This document shows, in pieces, positions 36,423 to 45,958 of a stretch of 52,205 bases of DNA. Location of the stretch: contig JAGAVP010000034.1 of NCBI GenBank assembly GCA_017941835.1, positions 1 to 52,205 of the forward strand, read 5' to 3'. This DNA is from Candidatus Saccharimonadota bacterium (GTDB lineage Bacteria; Patescibacteriota; Saccharimonadia; Saccharimonadales; Saccharimonadaceae). The notes beneath the pieces are model-generated. The model ran no database searches and was not told where the DNA came from. It was given only the letters and a program-made list of their open reading frames with translations. The first letter of the stretch is position 1. Every line of letters begins with the position of its first letter. Both the position numbers and the translations under genes were made by a program.

Positions 36423-38297
36423 ATGAACACCGACAAAATCAGAAATTTTTGTATTATTGCCCATATTGATCACGGTAAGTCTACGTTAGCTGACCGCATG
36501 ATGGAAATCACGCATACCGTAGAAAAACGCGAAATGAAAGCGCAGCTTTTAGACTCGATGGAGCTCGAGCGCGAAAAGGGTATCACTATTAAGCTCACGC
36601 CCGTGCAAATGCACTACAAAGGCTATGAACTAAATTTGATTGATACACCAGGTCACGTCGATTTTTCTTATGAAGTTAGCCGTTCCTTGCAAGCCGTCGA
36701 GACCGCAATCTTAGTTGTCGATGCGACTCAGGGTATCCAAGCCCAAACCTTAGCCAATGTCTACCTGGCATTAGAGCAAGATCTGTATATTATTCCTGTC
36801 ATTAATAAAATTGACTTACCAGCCGCCGACGTCGCAAAAGTCCAGGACCAAATCATCAACTTACTTGGCTGTGACCGCTCCGACATCATCGGTGTTTCCG
36901 CTAAAACCGGCCTCAACGTCGAGAAGGTGTTAGATGCTATTGTAAAAGCGCCGAGCGCAAATAGTCCTTCTCGGAACATAAGCGACGCCACGAGGAGCGC
37001 CAGAGCGAGCGATACCCCTGTGACGACAGGGGTAGCGCGTGGCGTTTCCGAGAAGGAACTATTGCGCTCGGTGCCTCTGCGAGCATTGATTTTTGATAGC
37101 TATTTTGACGACTACCGTGGTGTAGTTTTGTACGTCCGTATTTTCGACGGCACCTTGCCAAAAAACAGCGAAATCAAAATGATGGCCGCAGGCACCAAAG
37201 GTCAAGCTCTCGAAGTCGGCATTTTAAAACCCGAAATGTCAGAAAAAACGGAGCTAACTGAAGGCGAAATCGGCTACATCGTCACGAACCTCAAAACCAC
37301 TCGCGAAGCTAAAGTCGGCGATACTGTTACACTTGCCAAAAGCCCGGCGACAGAACCTTTGCCAGGCTACAAGAACGTCCAGCCATTTGTCTATGCAGGA
37401 TTCTTCCCAGTATCAAACGAAGACTACAAGACGTTGAAAGAAGCCATCGAGAAGCTAGCGCTTTCCGACTCTGCCTTACAGTTTGAGCCAGAAAACTCGC
37501 CCGTGCTCGGTTTTGGTCTACGCATCGGCTTTCTAGGATTGCTCCATATGGATATTATTCGTGAGCGTCTAGAACGTGAGTTCAACCTAGATTTAGTTGT
37601 CACCAATCCATCAACTAATTACCAAGTCACCTTAAACTCTGGCGAAGAAATTGAGATTAAATCTGCTGCCGATTTGCCGGATATGGCTGAAGTACTAGAG
37701 ATTCGCGAGCCATGGGTGAAGGGCGAAATCATCGTGCCAAAGTCCATGATTGGCAATGTCCTAAATCTCATCGTCGAGAAACGTGGCCGTCAAACCAACT
37801 TATCCTATATCGAGGACCGCGCTGTGATTGACTTTGAGGCGCCGATGGCAAATCTTCTGACCGACTTTTACGACCAACTAAAATCCACCACTTCCGGCTA
37901 CGCTTCCTTTAATTACGAGCTAGCGGACTATCGGTCAGAAGATTTAGTGCGAGTCGATTTTCTGGTCGGTGGCCAGAAAATCGACGCACTGGCTTGCATG
38001 TGCCACCGTTCCGAAGCTGACGCTCTCGGCCGCGAGGTCACTAAAAAGCTTAAAGAAGTCATTCCGCGCCAGAACTTCGAGGTGGCACTGCAAGCCGCCA
38101 TCGGCGCACGAATCATCGCCCGCGAAACTATCGGCGCCTACAGAAAAGACGTTACTGTCAAAATCCATACCGGCGACCGCGACCGCAAAGCTAAACTACT
38201 CGAAAAACAAAAGCGTGGCAAAGCCCGCATGAAGCGCTTCGGTAAAATCGACATTCCATCTGAAGCCTTCACGGTCATGCTAAAACGCGACAATTAG
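36423..38297 (+). CDS. lepA: Elongation factor 4 (LepA) with in-frame insertion
   Basis: IRNFCIIAHIDHGKSTLADR, DTPGHVDF, NKIDLP, GFLGLLHM, KLLEKQK. Confidence 0.97.
   Translation: MNTDKIRNFCIIAHIDHGKSTLADRMMEITHTVEKREMKAQLLDSMELEREKGITIKLTPVQMHYKGYELNLIDTPGHVDFSYEVSRSLQAVETAILVVDATQGIQAQTLANVYLALEQDLYIIPVINKIDLPAADVAKVQDQIINLLGCDRSDIIGVSAKTGLNVEKVLDAIVKAPSANSPSRNISDATRSARASDTPVTTGVARGVSEKELLRSVPLRALIFDSYFDDYRGVVLYVRIFDGTLPKNSEIKMMAAGTKGQALEVGILKPEMSEKTELTEGEIGYIVTNLKTTREAKVGDTVTLAKSPATEPLPGYKNVQPFVYAGFFPVSNEDYKTLKEAIEKLALSDSALQFEPENSPVLGFGLRIGFLGLLHMDIIRERLEREFNLDLVVTNPSTNYQVTLNSGEEIEIKSAADLPDMAEVLEIREPWVKGEIIVPKSMIGNVLNLIVEKRGRQTNLSYIEDRAVIDFEAPMANLLTDFYDQLKSTTSGYASFNYELADYRSEDLVRVDFLVGGQKIDALACMCHRSEADALGREVTKKLKEVIPRQNFEVALQAAIGARIIARETIGAYRKDVTVKIHTGDRDRKAKLLEKQKRGKARMKRFGKIDIPSEAFTVMLKRDN
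36948..37074. repeat. 127-bp palindromic element in frame within lepA
   Basis: ~29-bp imperfect terminal inverted repeats plus nested stems ACGCCACG/CGTGGCGT and TACCCCTGT/ACAGGGGTA. Confidence 0.85.
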
Positions 38298-38331
38298 CAC
38301 TCTTGCATTTTAAGTGCTAATTGACTATAAT
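38294..38331 (+). promoter_or_regulatory. CIRCE operator (1 mismatch) and promoter of hrcA-grpE
   Basis: TTAGCACTC-ttgcatttt-AAGTGCTAA at 38294-38320; TTGCAT-17-TATAAT ending 6 nt before ATG. Confidence 0.9.
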
Positions 38332-38337
38332 AGTAGT

Positions 38338-39087
38338 ATGAATTTAACGCAGCGACAAAAAGAAATTCTCTTTGCAATTATTGAAGAATATGCCGAGATG
38401 GCAGCCCCAGTCGGCTCCATCACGCTGGCAAAACTTTTTGGTGTTTCTAGCGCCACCATTCGTTCCGAAATGGCCCGCCTTGAGGAAGCTGGCTACCTAG
38501 TCCAGCCTCATACTTCTGCTGGCCGCGTCCCAACCGATTCTGGCTACCGTCTCTACGTCAATTCGCTTACTGACGAGATGATTAACGAAAAATCTCGCGA
38601 GACCAATCCTGCCCGCCTTCTTCCTGGGAAAGAAGATCGCGGCACTCGCGCTATTGAGCTCCGCATTAGTTCTGGCAATCGTGCTGATTTTGCCATTCGC
38701 AGCGCCGTTGACTCGCTCGTTGAGCTCACCGGTAATCTTGGTCTCGCCACCATTGGCGATCAGCTCTACCTTGCCGGCATTTCTCGTCTCTTCACTCAGC
38801 CCGAGTTCATGGATACTGCTCGTGTCCAAAGTGTCGCTAAGCTACTCGATAATCTCGAGCCTTGGCTTCGTGAAGCTGCCCCAGGCGAGCCGCTCAATAT
38901 CTTTATCGGCCAGGAAAATCCAATTGGAAAAACCTCAGAAGTCTCCCTCATTATTAGCAAATTCCGCTCACCATACTCGGATAATAGCTATATCGGCGTA
39001 CTTGGTCCAACCCGTCAAAATTATAGTCGCGTGATGTCGCTCGTTCGTCGTGCCGGAAATATGTTAGAGGAGGTATGCAATGCTTAA
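38338..39087 (+). CDS. hrcA: Heat-inducible transcription repressor HrcA, short form
   Basis: LTQRQKEIL, PVGS, SSATIRSEM, QPHTSAGRVPTDSGYRLYV, IGVLGPTRQNY. Confidence 0.95.
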   Translation: MNLTQRQKEILFAIIEEYAEMAAPVGSITLAKLFGVSSATIRSEMARLEEAGYLVQPHTSAGRVPTDSGYRLYVNSLTDEMINEKSRETNPARLLPGKEDRGTRAIELRISSGNRADFAIRSAVDSLVELTGNLGLATIGDQLYLAGISRLFTQPEFMDTARVQSVAKLLDNLEPWLREAAPGEPLNIFIGQENPIGKTSEVSLIISKFRSPYSDNSYIGVLGPTRQNYSRVMSLVRRAGNMLEEVCNA

Positions 39088-39568
39088 AAAACCTACAGAA
39101 CCTAAACAGCAGAATACTCAAAACCCTGAATCTAGCCCGAAAACCGCGCCAAAATCTGACGACATGAGCGCTAAAAATGCCGAGTTGCTGGCCGATCTCC
39201 AGCGCACCCGCGCCGACTTTGAGAACTACCGTAAGCAGATGGACGCCCAAAAAGCTCAGGCTGTCGAATTCGCAAAATATGAAACCATCAAAAAAGTTTT
39301 GCCTTTGCTTGACGATATTGATCGTGCTATCGCCGCTACGCCAGAGCTAAAACCTCTCGAAAAAAATCTCGAAAAAACTTTGACAGAACTAAAACTCCAA
39401 AAGATTGATTCTGCACCAGACACCGAGTTTAATCCTGACTTCCACGATGCTGTCATGATGGAAGACTCAGACGGAGACAAAGAAGTTGTCGCTGAGACTT
39501 TGCGCGCTGGATATACTTATAATGGCGCAGTAATTAGACCTGCAATGGTGAAAGTAAAACATATTTAA
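39080..39568 (+). CDS. grpE: Nucleotide exchange factor GrpE
   Basis: LQRTRADFENYRK, LLDDIDRA, FNPDFHDAV, GYTYNGAVIRPAMVKV. Confidence 0.95.
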   Translation: MLKKPTEPKQQNTQNPESSPKTAPKSDDMSAKNAELLADLQRTRADFENYRKQMDAQKAQAVEFAKYETIKKVLPLLDDIDRAIAATPELKPLEKNLEKTLTELKLQKIDSAPDTEFNPDFHDAVMMEDSDGDKEVVAETLRAGYTYNGAVIRPAMVKVKHI

Positions 39569-39578
39569 GGAGGGAATC

Positions 39579-40217
39579 ATGGAACAAAAACTTGCATACA
39601 TTAAAGAATGGCTCGGCACTGGTTCGATTGATATTTTCGGTCTGCCAATGAGCGGCAAAGATACTGTCGGCATTAAACTCGCCGAAAGCCTAGGTGCCCG
39701 TTTCTTATCTTCCGGTATGATTATTCGCGCCATGGAACAGGAGAAAAACGAGCATTATACTGAAGGTGGCGCGCTTGCTCCGACTGATGTTTTCTACGAA
39801 TGGGTCTTACCATATTTTGGACGCGAAGATCTCAAAGATTCTGGGCTTATCCTTTCGTCTGTCGGCCGTTGGAGTGGTGAGGAAAACGAGGTCATGAATG
39901 CTGCTGCCGAAGCCGGCCATCCCATCCGGGCTGCCGTGCTTCTTAATATCTCCGAAGCCGATGTTGAAGAACGTTGGGAGGTAGTCCGTGATGCTGGCGT
40001 ACGAGAGACTGGGCAAGAGGCTACCAAACGTGAAGACGACAAGAGTCGCGGTGTGTTCAAGACTCGCATCAAAGAATTCATCGAGAAAACCATGCCGGTC
40101 ATTCAGCATTATCAATCTCTCGGTCTTCTCGTTCAAGTTCGCGCTGACAAAACTCGCGAAGAAGTTTTCGCCGAACTCGTCGACCAGCTTTATGACTTTG
40201 CTCAAAAGAACCGTTAG
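39579..40217 (+). CDS. Adenylate kinase-family nucleoside monophosphate kinase
   Basis: P-loop GLPMSGKDT, LSSGMIIR, GALAP, KREDD, EKTMPVIQHY. Confidence 0.8.
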   Translation: MEQKLAYIKEWLGTGSIDIFGLPMSGKDTVGIKLAESLGARFLSSGMIIRAMEQEKNEHYTEGGALAPTDVFYEWVLPYFGREDLKDSGLILSSVGRWSGEENEVMNAAAEAGHPIRAAVLLNISEADVEERWEVVRDAGVRETGQEATKREDDKSRGVFKTRIKEFIEKTMPVIQHYQSLGLLVQVRADKTREEVFAELVDQLYDFAQKNR

Positions 40218-40265
40218 CTAGACCCAGCTTATAAAACTACAGTGCTTATGCTATAATATAAGTAT

Positions 40266-41225
40266 ATGTATGGGCTGGGCATCAATCCAGAATCTATTAC
40301 ACGTCGCGTGCGCGCCTGCGACTATCTTTCTGCTGCACAGTTATATTTGCAGAAAAATTTCTTACTAGAAAAACCACTTTCTGCGGATGACATCAAACCT
40401 CGCCTACTTGGCCATTGGGGAACCTGCCACGGTATTAATCTTGCTTATGCTAATCTTAAATACGCTTATGCTAAAGACCCAAATTTTTCCTTCATTTTAG
40501 GTCCCGGACACGGTTTCCCAGCCCTTCAAGCCAACCTTTTCATCGATGGTGACCTTGAAAAAGTTGATGAAAAAGCCACACTTGATGAAAATGGTATTGC
40601 TTACATTTGCCGCAATTTTTCCTGGCCAGGCGGCTTCCCGTCCCATGCTAGCCCTATCACTCCCGGTGTAATATGCGAGGGCGGTGAACTCGGCTACGCG
40701 CTGGCGACCGGTTACGGTGTCGCACTAGGCCATCCCGAAAAAACCATTGCCGTCCTGATTGGTGACGGCGAATTCGAAACTGCTACTGCTCTTGCCTCAT
40801 TGAATCTTAGCAAGCTTTTCGGCACAGATTCAAACGGCCACGTCCTCCCAATCCTCCATCTAAACGGCTATAAAATTTCTGGCCCAACCATTGCCGCCAG
40901 GAAATCCGAGCGCGAGCTCTCTGAGCTACTCCGCGGCTTTGGCTATCTGCCAATCTTCGTTGACGGCGAAGATTCTAACGCTTTCCAAGACGCCATCGAA
41001 AGGTCCGAGTCTATTACGAATCCGTTCATTGTCATGAAAAGCGAAAAGGGTAAAACCGGCCCAAGCTTCCTCGGCACCGAGAAAATCGCCGGTAATTATC
41101 TCGCCCACCAAATCCCACTAAAGAATCCTAAAACTGACCCAGCTGAGCTGAAAATGCTTGAAGATTGGCTAAAAAGTTATCATTTTGAGGAGTTATTTAA
41201 GCGCCAGGAGGGCTTTATCTTATGA
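40266..41225 (+). CDS. Phosphoketolase, N-terminal (TPP-binding) part
   Basis: YLSAAQLYL, KPRLLGHWGT, GPGHG, FSWPGGFPSH, EGGELGYAL, GDGEFET, LPILHLNGYKI. Confidence 0.92.
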   Translation: MYGLGINPESITRRVRACDYLSAAQLYLQKNFLLEKPLSADDIKPRLLGHWGTCHGINLAYANLKYAYAKDPNFSFILGPGHGFPALQANLFIDGDLEKVDEKATLDENGIAYICRNFSWPGGFPSHASPITPGVICEGGELGYALATGYGVALGHPEKTIAVLIGDGEFETATALASLNLSKLFGTDSNGHVLPILHLNGYKISGPTIAARKSERELSELLRGFGYLPIFVDGEDSNAFQDAIERSESITNPFIVMKSEKGKTGPSFLGTEKIAGNYLAHQIPLKNPKTDPAELKMLEDWLKSYHFEELFKRQEGFIL

Positions 41226-42436
41226 ACCATACAAAATCTCTACATCTGCCTGACGATCTCCTTGGCCCTGCCGAAATCAAAGCCCCAGGCACAGAATTTC
41301 ATTCTTCCGCCGAAAAGTTTGGCGAACTCATCAAATATACCATCAAAAACGACCCTAGCTTTTACCTTTTTTCTCCCGATGAGACCACTAGTAACAAGCT
41401 GACTGCCGCCTATAACGTTAGCGCTCGCGCTTGGGCGCTGCCTAGGAAATCTTGGGATTTACCAGAATCCGAGTCTGGTCGCATTATTGAACTCCTTTCC
41501 GAAAACGTCCTCTTTGCTGTTCTTGTTGGGCATAATCTATCCGGCGGACATGGCTTGATGGCAAGCTACGAGTCTTTCTTTTCTATTATTACCTCTCAAA
41601 TTTTCCAATATCTCAAATTCCTTCAGCAATCCGAAGAGACTCCATGGCGTGAGCCAGTTCCCGGCCTTAACCTTCTTTCTACCAGCACTTGTTGGCGCCA
41701 AGACCACAACGGTTTTTCTCACCAGTCGCCAGCCCTCATCTCCGCCCTACTCGCCCAGCCCTCTAACCACGCTAATGTACTATTCCCATGTGACGATGTT
41801 GCCGCCGCCGCCTGTTTTGATTTTATCTCCGAGTCTAAGAATGTCGTCAACCTTGTCACGCTAAACAAAACAGAAGAACCGCGTTGGATTGACAAAAATC
41901 ATGCTGCCTTTCAGTACCAATATGGTGCTAGCGTCTTTGGCTTTGCCTCGGACGATAATCCAGATTATATTTTCACTGCTGCCGGCGATATTATGACTCG
42001 CGAAGCAATCTACGCTCTGAATATTCTCCGCAAAGACCTTCCAGGTCGTCGCTTCCGCTTTGTCGGCATTAATGCTCTCTCCTACGGTGCGATCGGCACT
42101 GTTAAGTCCAAAATGTCTCAGCAAATTTTTGATGATTATTTTACGAGCGATAAACCCATCATCGCCAACTTCCACGGTTATCCAGAGGCTCTCAAAAATA
42201 TTCTTGCGAATTACGGCGCGGGCTATCGACTCTCCGTGCACGGTTTTAACGAGCTTGGCTCTACCACGACACCGTTTGAAATGCTGCGCCTAAATGGTGC
42301 TTCACGCTATGACCTCTGTCTCGATATCGCCTACCGCGAAAACCGCCCAGATCTCATCGAGAAATATCAAAACATCCTCCGAGAAAACGCTGAGCACGCC
42401 GCCGCCACTGGCGAAGATTCAATAAATATGGTATAA
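41222..42436 (+). CDS. Phosphoketolase, middle and C-terminal part
   Basis: FSPDETTSNKL, ELLSE, SYESF, WRQDHNGFSHQSP, FHGYP, GSTTTPFEM; AGGAGG RBS and ATGA overlap. Confidence 0.92.
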   Translation: MNHTKSLHLPDDLLGPAEIKAPGTEFHSSAEKFGELIKYTIKNDPSFYLFSPDETTSNKLTAAYNVSARAWALPRKSWDLPESESGRIIELLSENVLFAVLVGHNLSGGHGLMASYESFFSIITSQIFQYLKFLQQSEETPWREPVPGLNLLSTSTCWRQDHNGFSHQSPALISALLAQPSNHANVLFPCDDVAAAACFDFISESKNVVNLVTLNKTEEPRWIDKNHAAFQYQYGASVFGFASDDNPDYIFTAAGDIMTREAIYALNILRKDLPGRRFRFVGINALSYGAIGTVKSKMSQQIFDDYFTSDKPIIANFHGYPEALKNILANYGAGYRLSVHGFNELGSTTTPFEMLRLNGASRYDLCLDIAYRENRPDLIEKYQNILRENAEHAAATGEDSINMV

Positions 42437-42443
42437 TATAATA

Positions 42444-43127
42444 ATGGAAATTTTAATCCTAGTTGTCGTCCTAATTCTTCTCGCGGAGACTACGATCGTC
42501 TTGGTCAAAAATCTCAAAAAAGAAGCCAAGAAATCCGGCCGCCGCAAGATTTTTGTTGATACTTCCGCGCTAATTGATGGTCGCATCCTCGCTGTTGCCC
42601 AGACTGGCTTTATTGGTGACGACCTTCTTATTCCTCGCAGTGTCATTCGCGAGCTCCAACTCTTGGCCGACGGTAAAGATAGCGAAAAGCGCGCTCTCGC
42701 CCGTCGTGGCATGGATATCGCCAGGGAATTAGAGCGCGTAGTCTACTGCAACACGGAAATCTATGAGGATGAGCTTGACCATACTCCAGTCGATGAGCGC
42801 CTAATTGCCCTTGCTAAAGAAAACCACGGCTTGATTTGTACTAATGATTTTAACCTCAATAAAGTTGCCGCCACTGAGCATATCGACGTTTTGAACGTCA
42901 ATGACCTTGCGCTTACCCTGCTCGGAAAAACCACTCCAGGTACTAAGCTTCGCCTTAAACTCGTGGAAAAAGGAAGTAACCGTGGCCAGGCTGTTGGACA
43001 TCTAGACGATGGTACTATGGTCGTAGTCGAGCGTGCTTCAAAATACATCGGCAAAGAAATAAGCGCGGAGGTTATCCGCGCTCACCAGACTTCTGCTGGT
43101 CGCATCATCTTCGCTAAGAAGATTTAG
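42444..43127 (+). CDS. PIN/TRAM domain protein (YacL-like)
   Basis: VDTSALIDGRI, ELQLLAD, TNDFNLNKVA, GQAVGHLDDGTMVVVE, QTSAGRIIFA. Confidence 0.92.
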   Translation: MEILILVVVLILLAETTIVLVKNLKKEAKKSGRRKIFVDTSALIDGRILAVAQTGFIGDDLLIPRSVIRELQLLADGKDSEKRALARRGMDIARELERVVYCNTEIYEDELDHTPVDERLIALAKENHGLICTNDFNLNKVAATEHIDVLNVNDLALTLLGKTTPGTKLRLKLVEKGSNRGQAVGHLDDGTMVVVERASKYIGKEISAEVIRAHQTSAGRIIFAKKI

Positions 43128-43142
43128 CGACCACCATCAAAG

Positions 43143-45887
43143 CTAGCTACATTTCTTTACGCCATTACTGTCTTGTGTAATCGTACAACTCTTGCTTGCT
43201 TCGGCACCATTAGCATCCTTGACAGTGAGTTTCAGGACTCTGCCTTTAATACTGCCACTGACATCGTAAGTACTGCTTGGGATTGTTAGTGTCGTACTGG
43301 AGGTTGTTCCACTTTTCACGGCCGTGCCGTCTTCGGATAGAGTCCAGCTGAGAGAGCCAGAAGAACCCAGTGTTAGCACTGCTTTTAGCCCGCCATCTGC
43401 CGAATAGAACGCTCCCACGCTAGGTAGCGTATATGAACAGTCATCCGTCGCATCACGGTTATATCCGTCTGGTACACTCCAGACTTCGTTCTTCGTGATT
43501 GGGTCAATCGTCTTAGTCGCCTCAACCTGAATCTTCTGATTTTCCGGCGTACAAGCCGCAGCTAGCTTCTTGGTGTACTTGTTGAAGGTCAAAGTTTCTT
43601 TTGTTACGCCAGAAGTCTTAGAGTTATACCAGCTTGGCCAGATATCCGTCTGTCCGTTCACAGTTAGTCTCTGAATGCCAGCTGGTTGTGGAATCGCTTG
43701 ATTGGCTGTCCACTTACCCTCAGCCGCGTACAATTCCGTGTGAACTGGTCCCATGTAATCATTCACAACTCTTCTTACGAGCGTGTTATCAGAAGTTGCG
43801 AGACCAGAGCCGTCGTGATTACCATTCCAAATCGTTGTCGCGACTACAGGCGAGTAGCTTGCAATCCAAGAATCCTTTGCCACTGATGCGAGTGCGGTAG
43901 TAGATGTACCAGTCTTAGTAGCCGTCCAAACGTTCGGAATTACGAAACCAAACGCATAGGCTTGTGAGCCAAAGGTGATTGTTCTAGCATTCGCGTCAGA
44001 AAGAATCGAGGAGAGCATATAGGCCACCTGCTCGTCATAAACTCTTGTACCTTCCGTATCCTGCCAGGATTCAATTACATCGCCAGCCGAATTTTTCATC
44101 TCAAGCACATAAGTCAGTGGCTTATAAACACCACCACGCGCGATAGACGCATAAGCGTTGGCGTGCTCAATTGGCGTCACTGTACAACCTGAGCCAATTG
44201 CTGTAGAAAGACCACCGGTCACACCTTCACCAGCACAGTAGGAAACATCACCAAGCTTTCTTGCAACGTCTAGGCTATTCTCAATACCATTAATGTACAT
44301 GGCCTTAACAGCCGGAATATTGAGAGAACCAGCCAGTGCTCGACGAATCGTTACGTTACCGTACCAAGTACCGGTATAGTTTCTTAGAGCACAAGAACCA
44401 CCAGTATAACCGCCACAATAGATAGAGTCGATGTTTTCGTCTTTTAGCACTGAGCCAGGACCATAGTTTTGACCTTCGCGTTGCATAAAGAGCGGACCAT
44501 AGTCAACAATCGGCTTGATAGAAGAACCAGGTTCTAGCTGGGACGTCGCGGCGTTTAGCTCACCGTAACCAGCCGCATTCCAGTCTGCCGAACCCACCAT
44601 TGCAATCACCTGCGCCGTACTAACATCCACAGATGCGAGCGCAATATTATCGCTACCATTTCTGCTCATCAATGCAGCACCAGTAGCAACAGCCGCCTCA
44701 GCCATCTGTTGCGCACGATAATCAAGCGAAGTCTTAATGGTGAAGCCGCCGGCGCGCATCGTCTTCACGCCATACTTTTCTTCCAGCATCTCCTTTACGG
44801 TTAACACGAAATGTGGTGCTTTAATGTTGTCGTACTGATTAGTATCAGGTTTGATTTGGTCAAGAATCGGAACCTTCTTAGCTTCTTCAGCTTCCTCTTT
44901 TGTAATATAACCAAGTTCCGCCATCACATCGAGCGTATATTGCTGACGCCAAATCAATGCCTCGTGTCCATATTCATTGTATGGGTTTAAGACCGCCGGG
45001 TTGTTTGGAATCGCCGCTAGCAGTGCTGACTCGGCTAGTGTCAAATCCTTAGCACTCTTTCCGAAATAAGCCTGCGCGCCAGATTCCACACCATTACGAC
45101 GACCACCATAAGGTGATTCGTTAAGGTACATCGTAATAATCTGCTCCTTGGAGTACATCTTCTCGATTTCGAGCGCCAAAATCGCTTCCTTGATTTTACG
45201 TGGAATACCAGTCAGACCACGGTCTTTCGCTTCATCCGAGAAATAAACCTGCTTAATCAACTGCTGCGTCAAAGTAGAGCCACCTTGGACGCTCTTACCA
45301 GTCAGGGTAGAGAATGCTGCACGCACCAAGGACCAGAAATCAATACCGTTGTGATTGTAGAAGTTTCTATCCTCGATTGCGACGGTCGCTTGACGCATAT
45401 AGGTAGAAATCTGATCTCCATCAACCACCAAGCGGTAATCACCATCGCCCTTATCTTCCCAGAGCACTTCACCGTTGCGGTCCAGATAAACGTTCACCGT
45501 CTCGGAGACCTTCAGCTCATCTAGCTGGATTTCATCCAAATCTTTTTTGTAGTATAGGAAAAGACCACCAATGCCGATAATCGTCAAAAGAATCAGCGCA
45601 GCCACAATTTTGAGGAACATTTTTAGCCCACGCATCGAGAACCAGTAATGGAAAACACGTTTTGGATGGAGATGCGCAAAGAATCTCTTTACTGGCTGCT
45701 TTGGTAGAGTCGCTAAATCTTCCGCCCTCTGCTTAGCTTTCTTATCTTTTTTGACTTTCTTTCTATGCACTAAGCTAGAATAAGTACTAAGACTCTTATT
45801 CTTAGTCCGCTTTAAAAGACTGCGTTTTGGTGCTTTTGCAGCCTTCTGTTTTTTTGGCTTTTCTTGTTTTTTAGACGTCTTTTCCAT
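43143..45887 (-). CDS. Class A penicillin-binding protein (transglycosylase/transpeptidase)
   Basis: EDRNFYNHNGID, QGGSTLTQQLIK, RKIKE, YLN, PGSSIKP (SxxK), SLN (SxN), KTGT. Confidence 0.95.
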   Translation of the reverse strand: MEKTSKKQEKPKKQKAAKAPKRSLLKRTKNKSLSTYSSLVHRKKVKKDKKAKQRAEDLATLPKQPVKRFFAHLHPKRVFHYWFSMRGLKMFLKIVAALILLTIIGIGGLFLYYKKDLDEIQLDELKVSETVNVYLDRNGEVLWEDKGDGDYRLVVDGDQISTYMRQATVAIEDRNFYNHNGIDFWSLVRAAFSTLTGKSVQGGSTLTQQLIKQVYFSDEAKDRGLTGIPRKIKEAILALEIEKMYSKEQIITMYLNESPYGGRRNGVESGAQAYFGKSAKDLTLAESALLAAIPNNPAVLNPYNEYGHEALIWRQQYTLDVMAELGYITKEEAEEAKKVPILDQIKPDTNQYDNIKAPHFVLTVKEMLEEKYGVKTMRAGGFTIKTSLDYRAQQMAEAAVATGAALMSRNGSDNIALASVDVSTAQVIAMVGSADWNAAGYGELNAATSQLEPGSSIKPIVDYGPLFMQREGQNYGPGSVLKDENIDSIYCGGYTGGSCALRNYTGTWYGNVTIRRALAGSLNIPAVKAMYINGIENSLDVARKLGDVSYCAGEGVTGGLSTAIGSGCTVTPIEHANAYASIARGGVYKPLTYVLEMKNSAGDVIESWQDTEGTRVYDEQVAYMLSSILSDANARTITFGSQAYAFGFVIPNVWTATKTGTSTTALASVAKDSWIASYSPVVATTIWNGNHDGSGLATSDNTLVRRVVNDYMGPVHTELYAAEGKWTANQAIPQPAGIQRLTVNGQTDIWPSWYNSKTSGVTKETLTFNKYTKKLAAACTPENQKIQVEATKTIDPITKNEVWSVPDGYNRDATDDCSYTLPSVGAFYSADGGLKAVLTLGSSGSLSWTLSEDGTAVKSGTTSSTTLTIPSSTYDVSGSIKGRVLKLTVKDANGAEASKSCTITQDSNGVKKCS

Positions 45888-45958
45888 AAACTCTTTTATT
45901 ATACCAAAAAAGCATCATTTTGTCATCAAAAACGCTTACGTAACTAGCTTTCTAGAAT

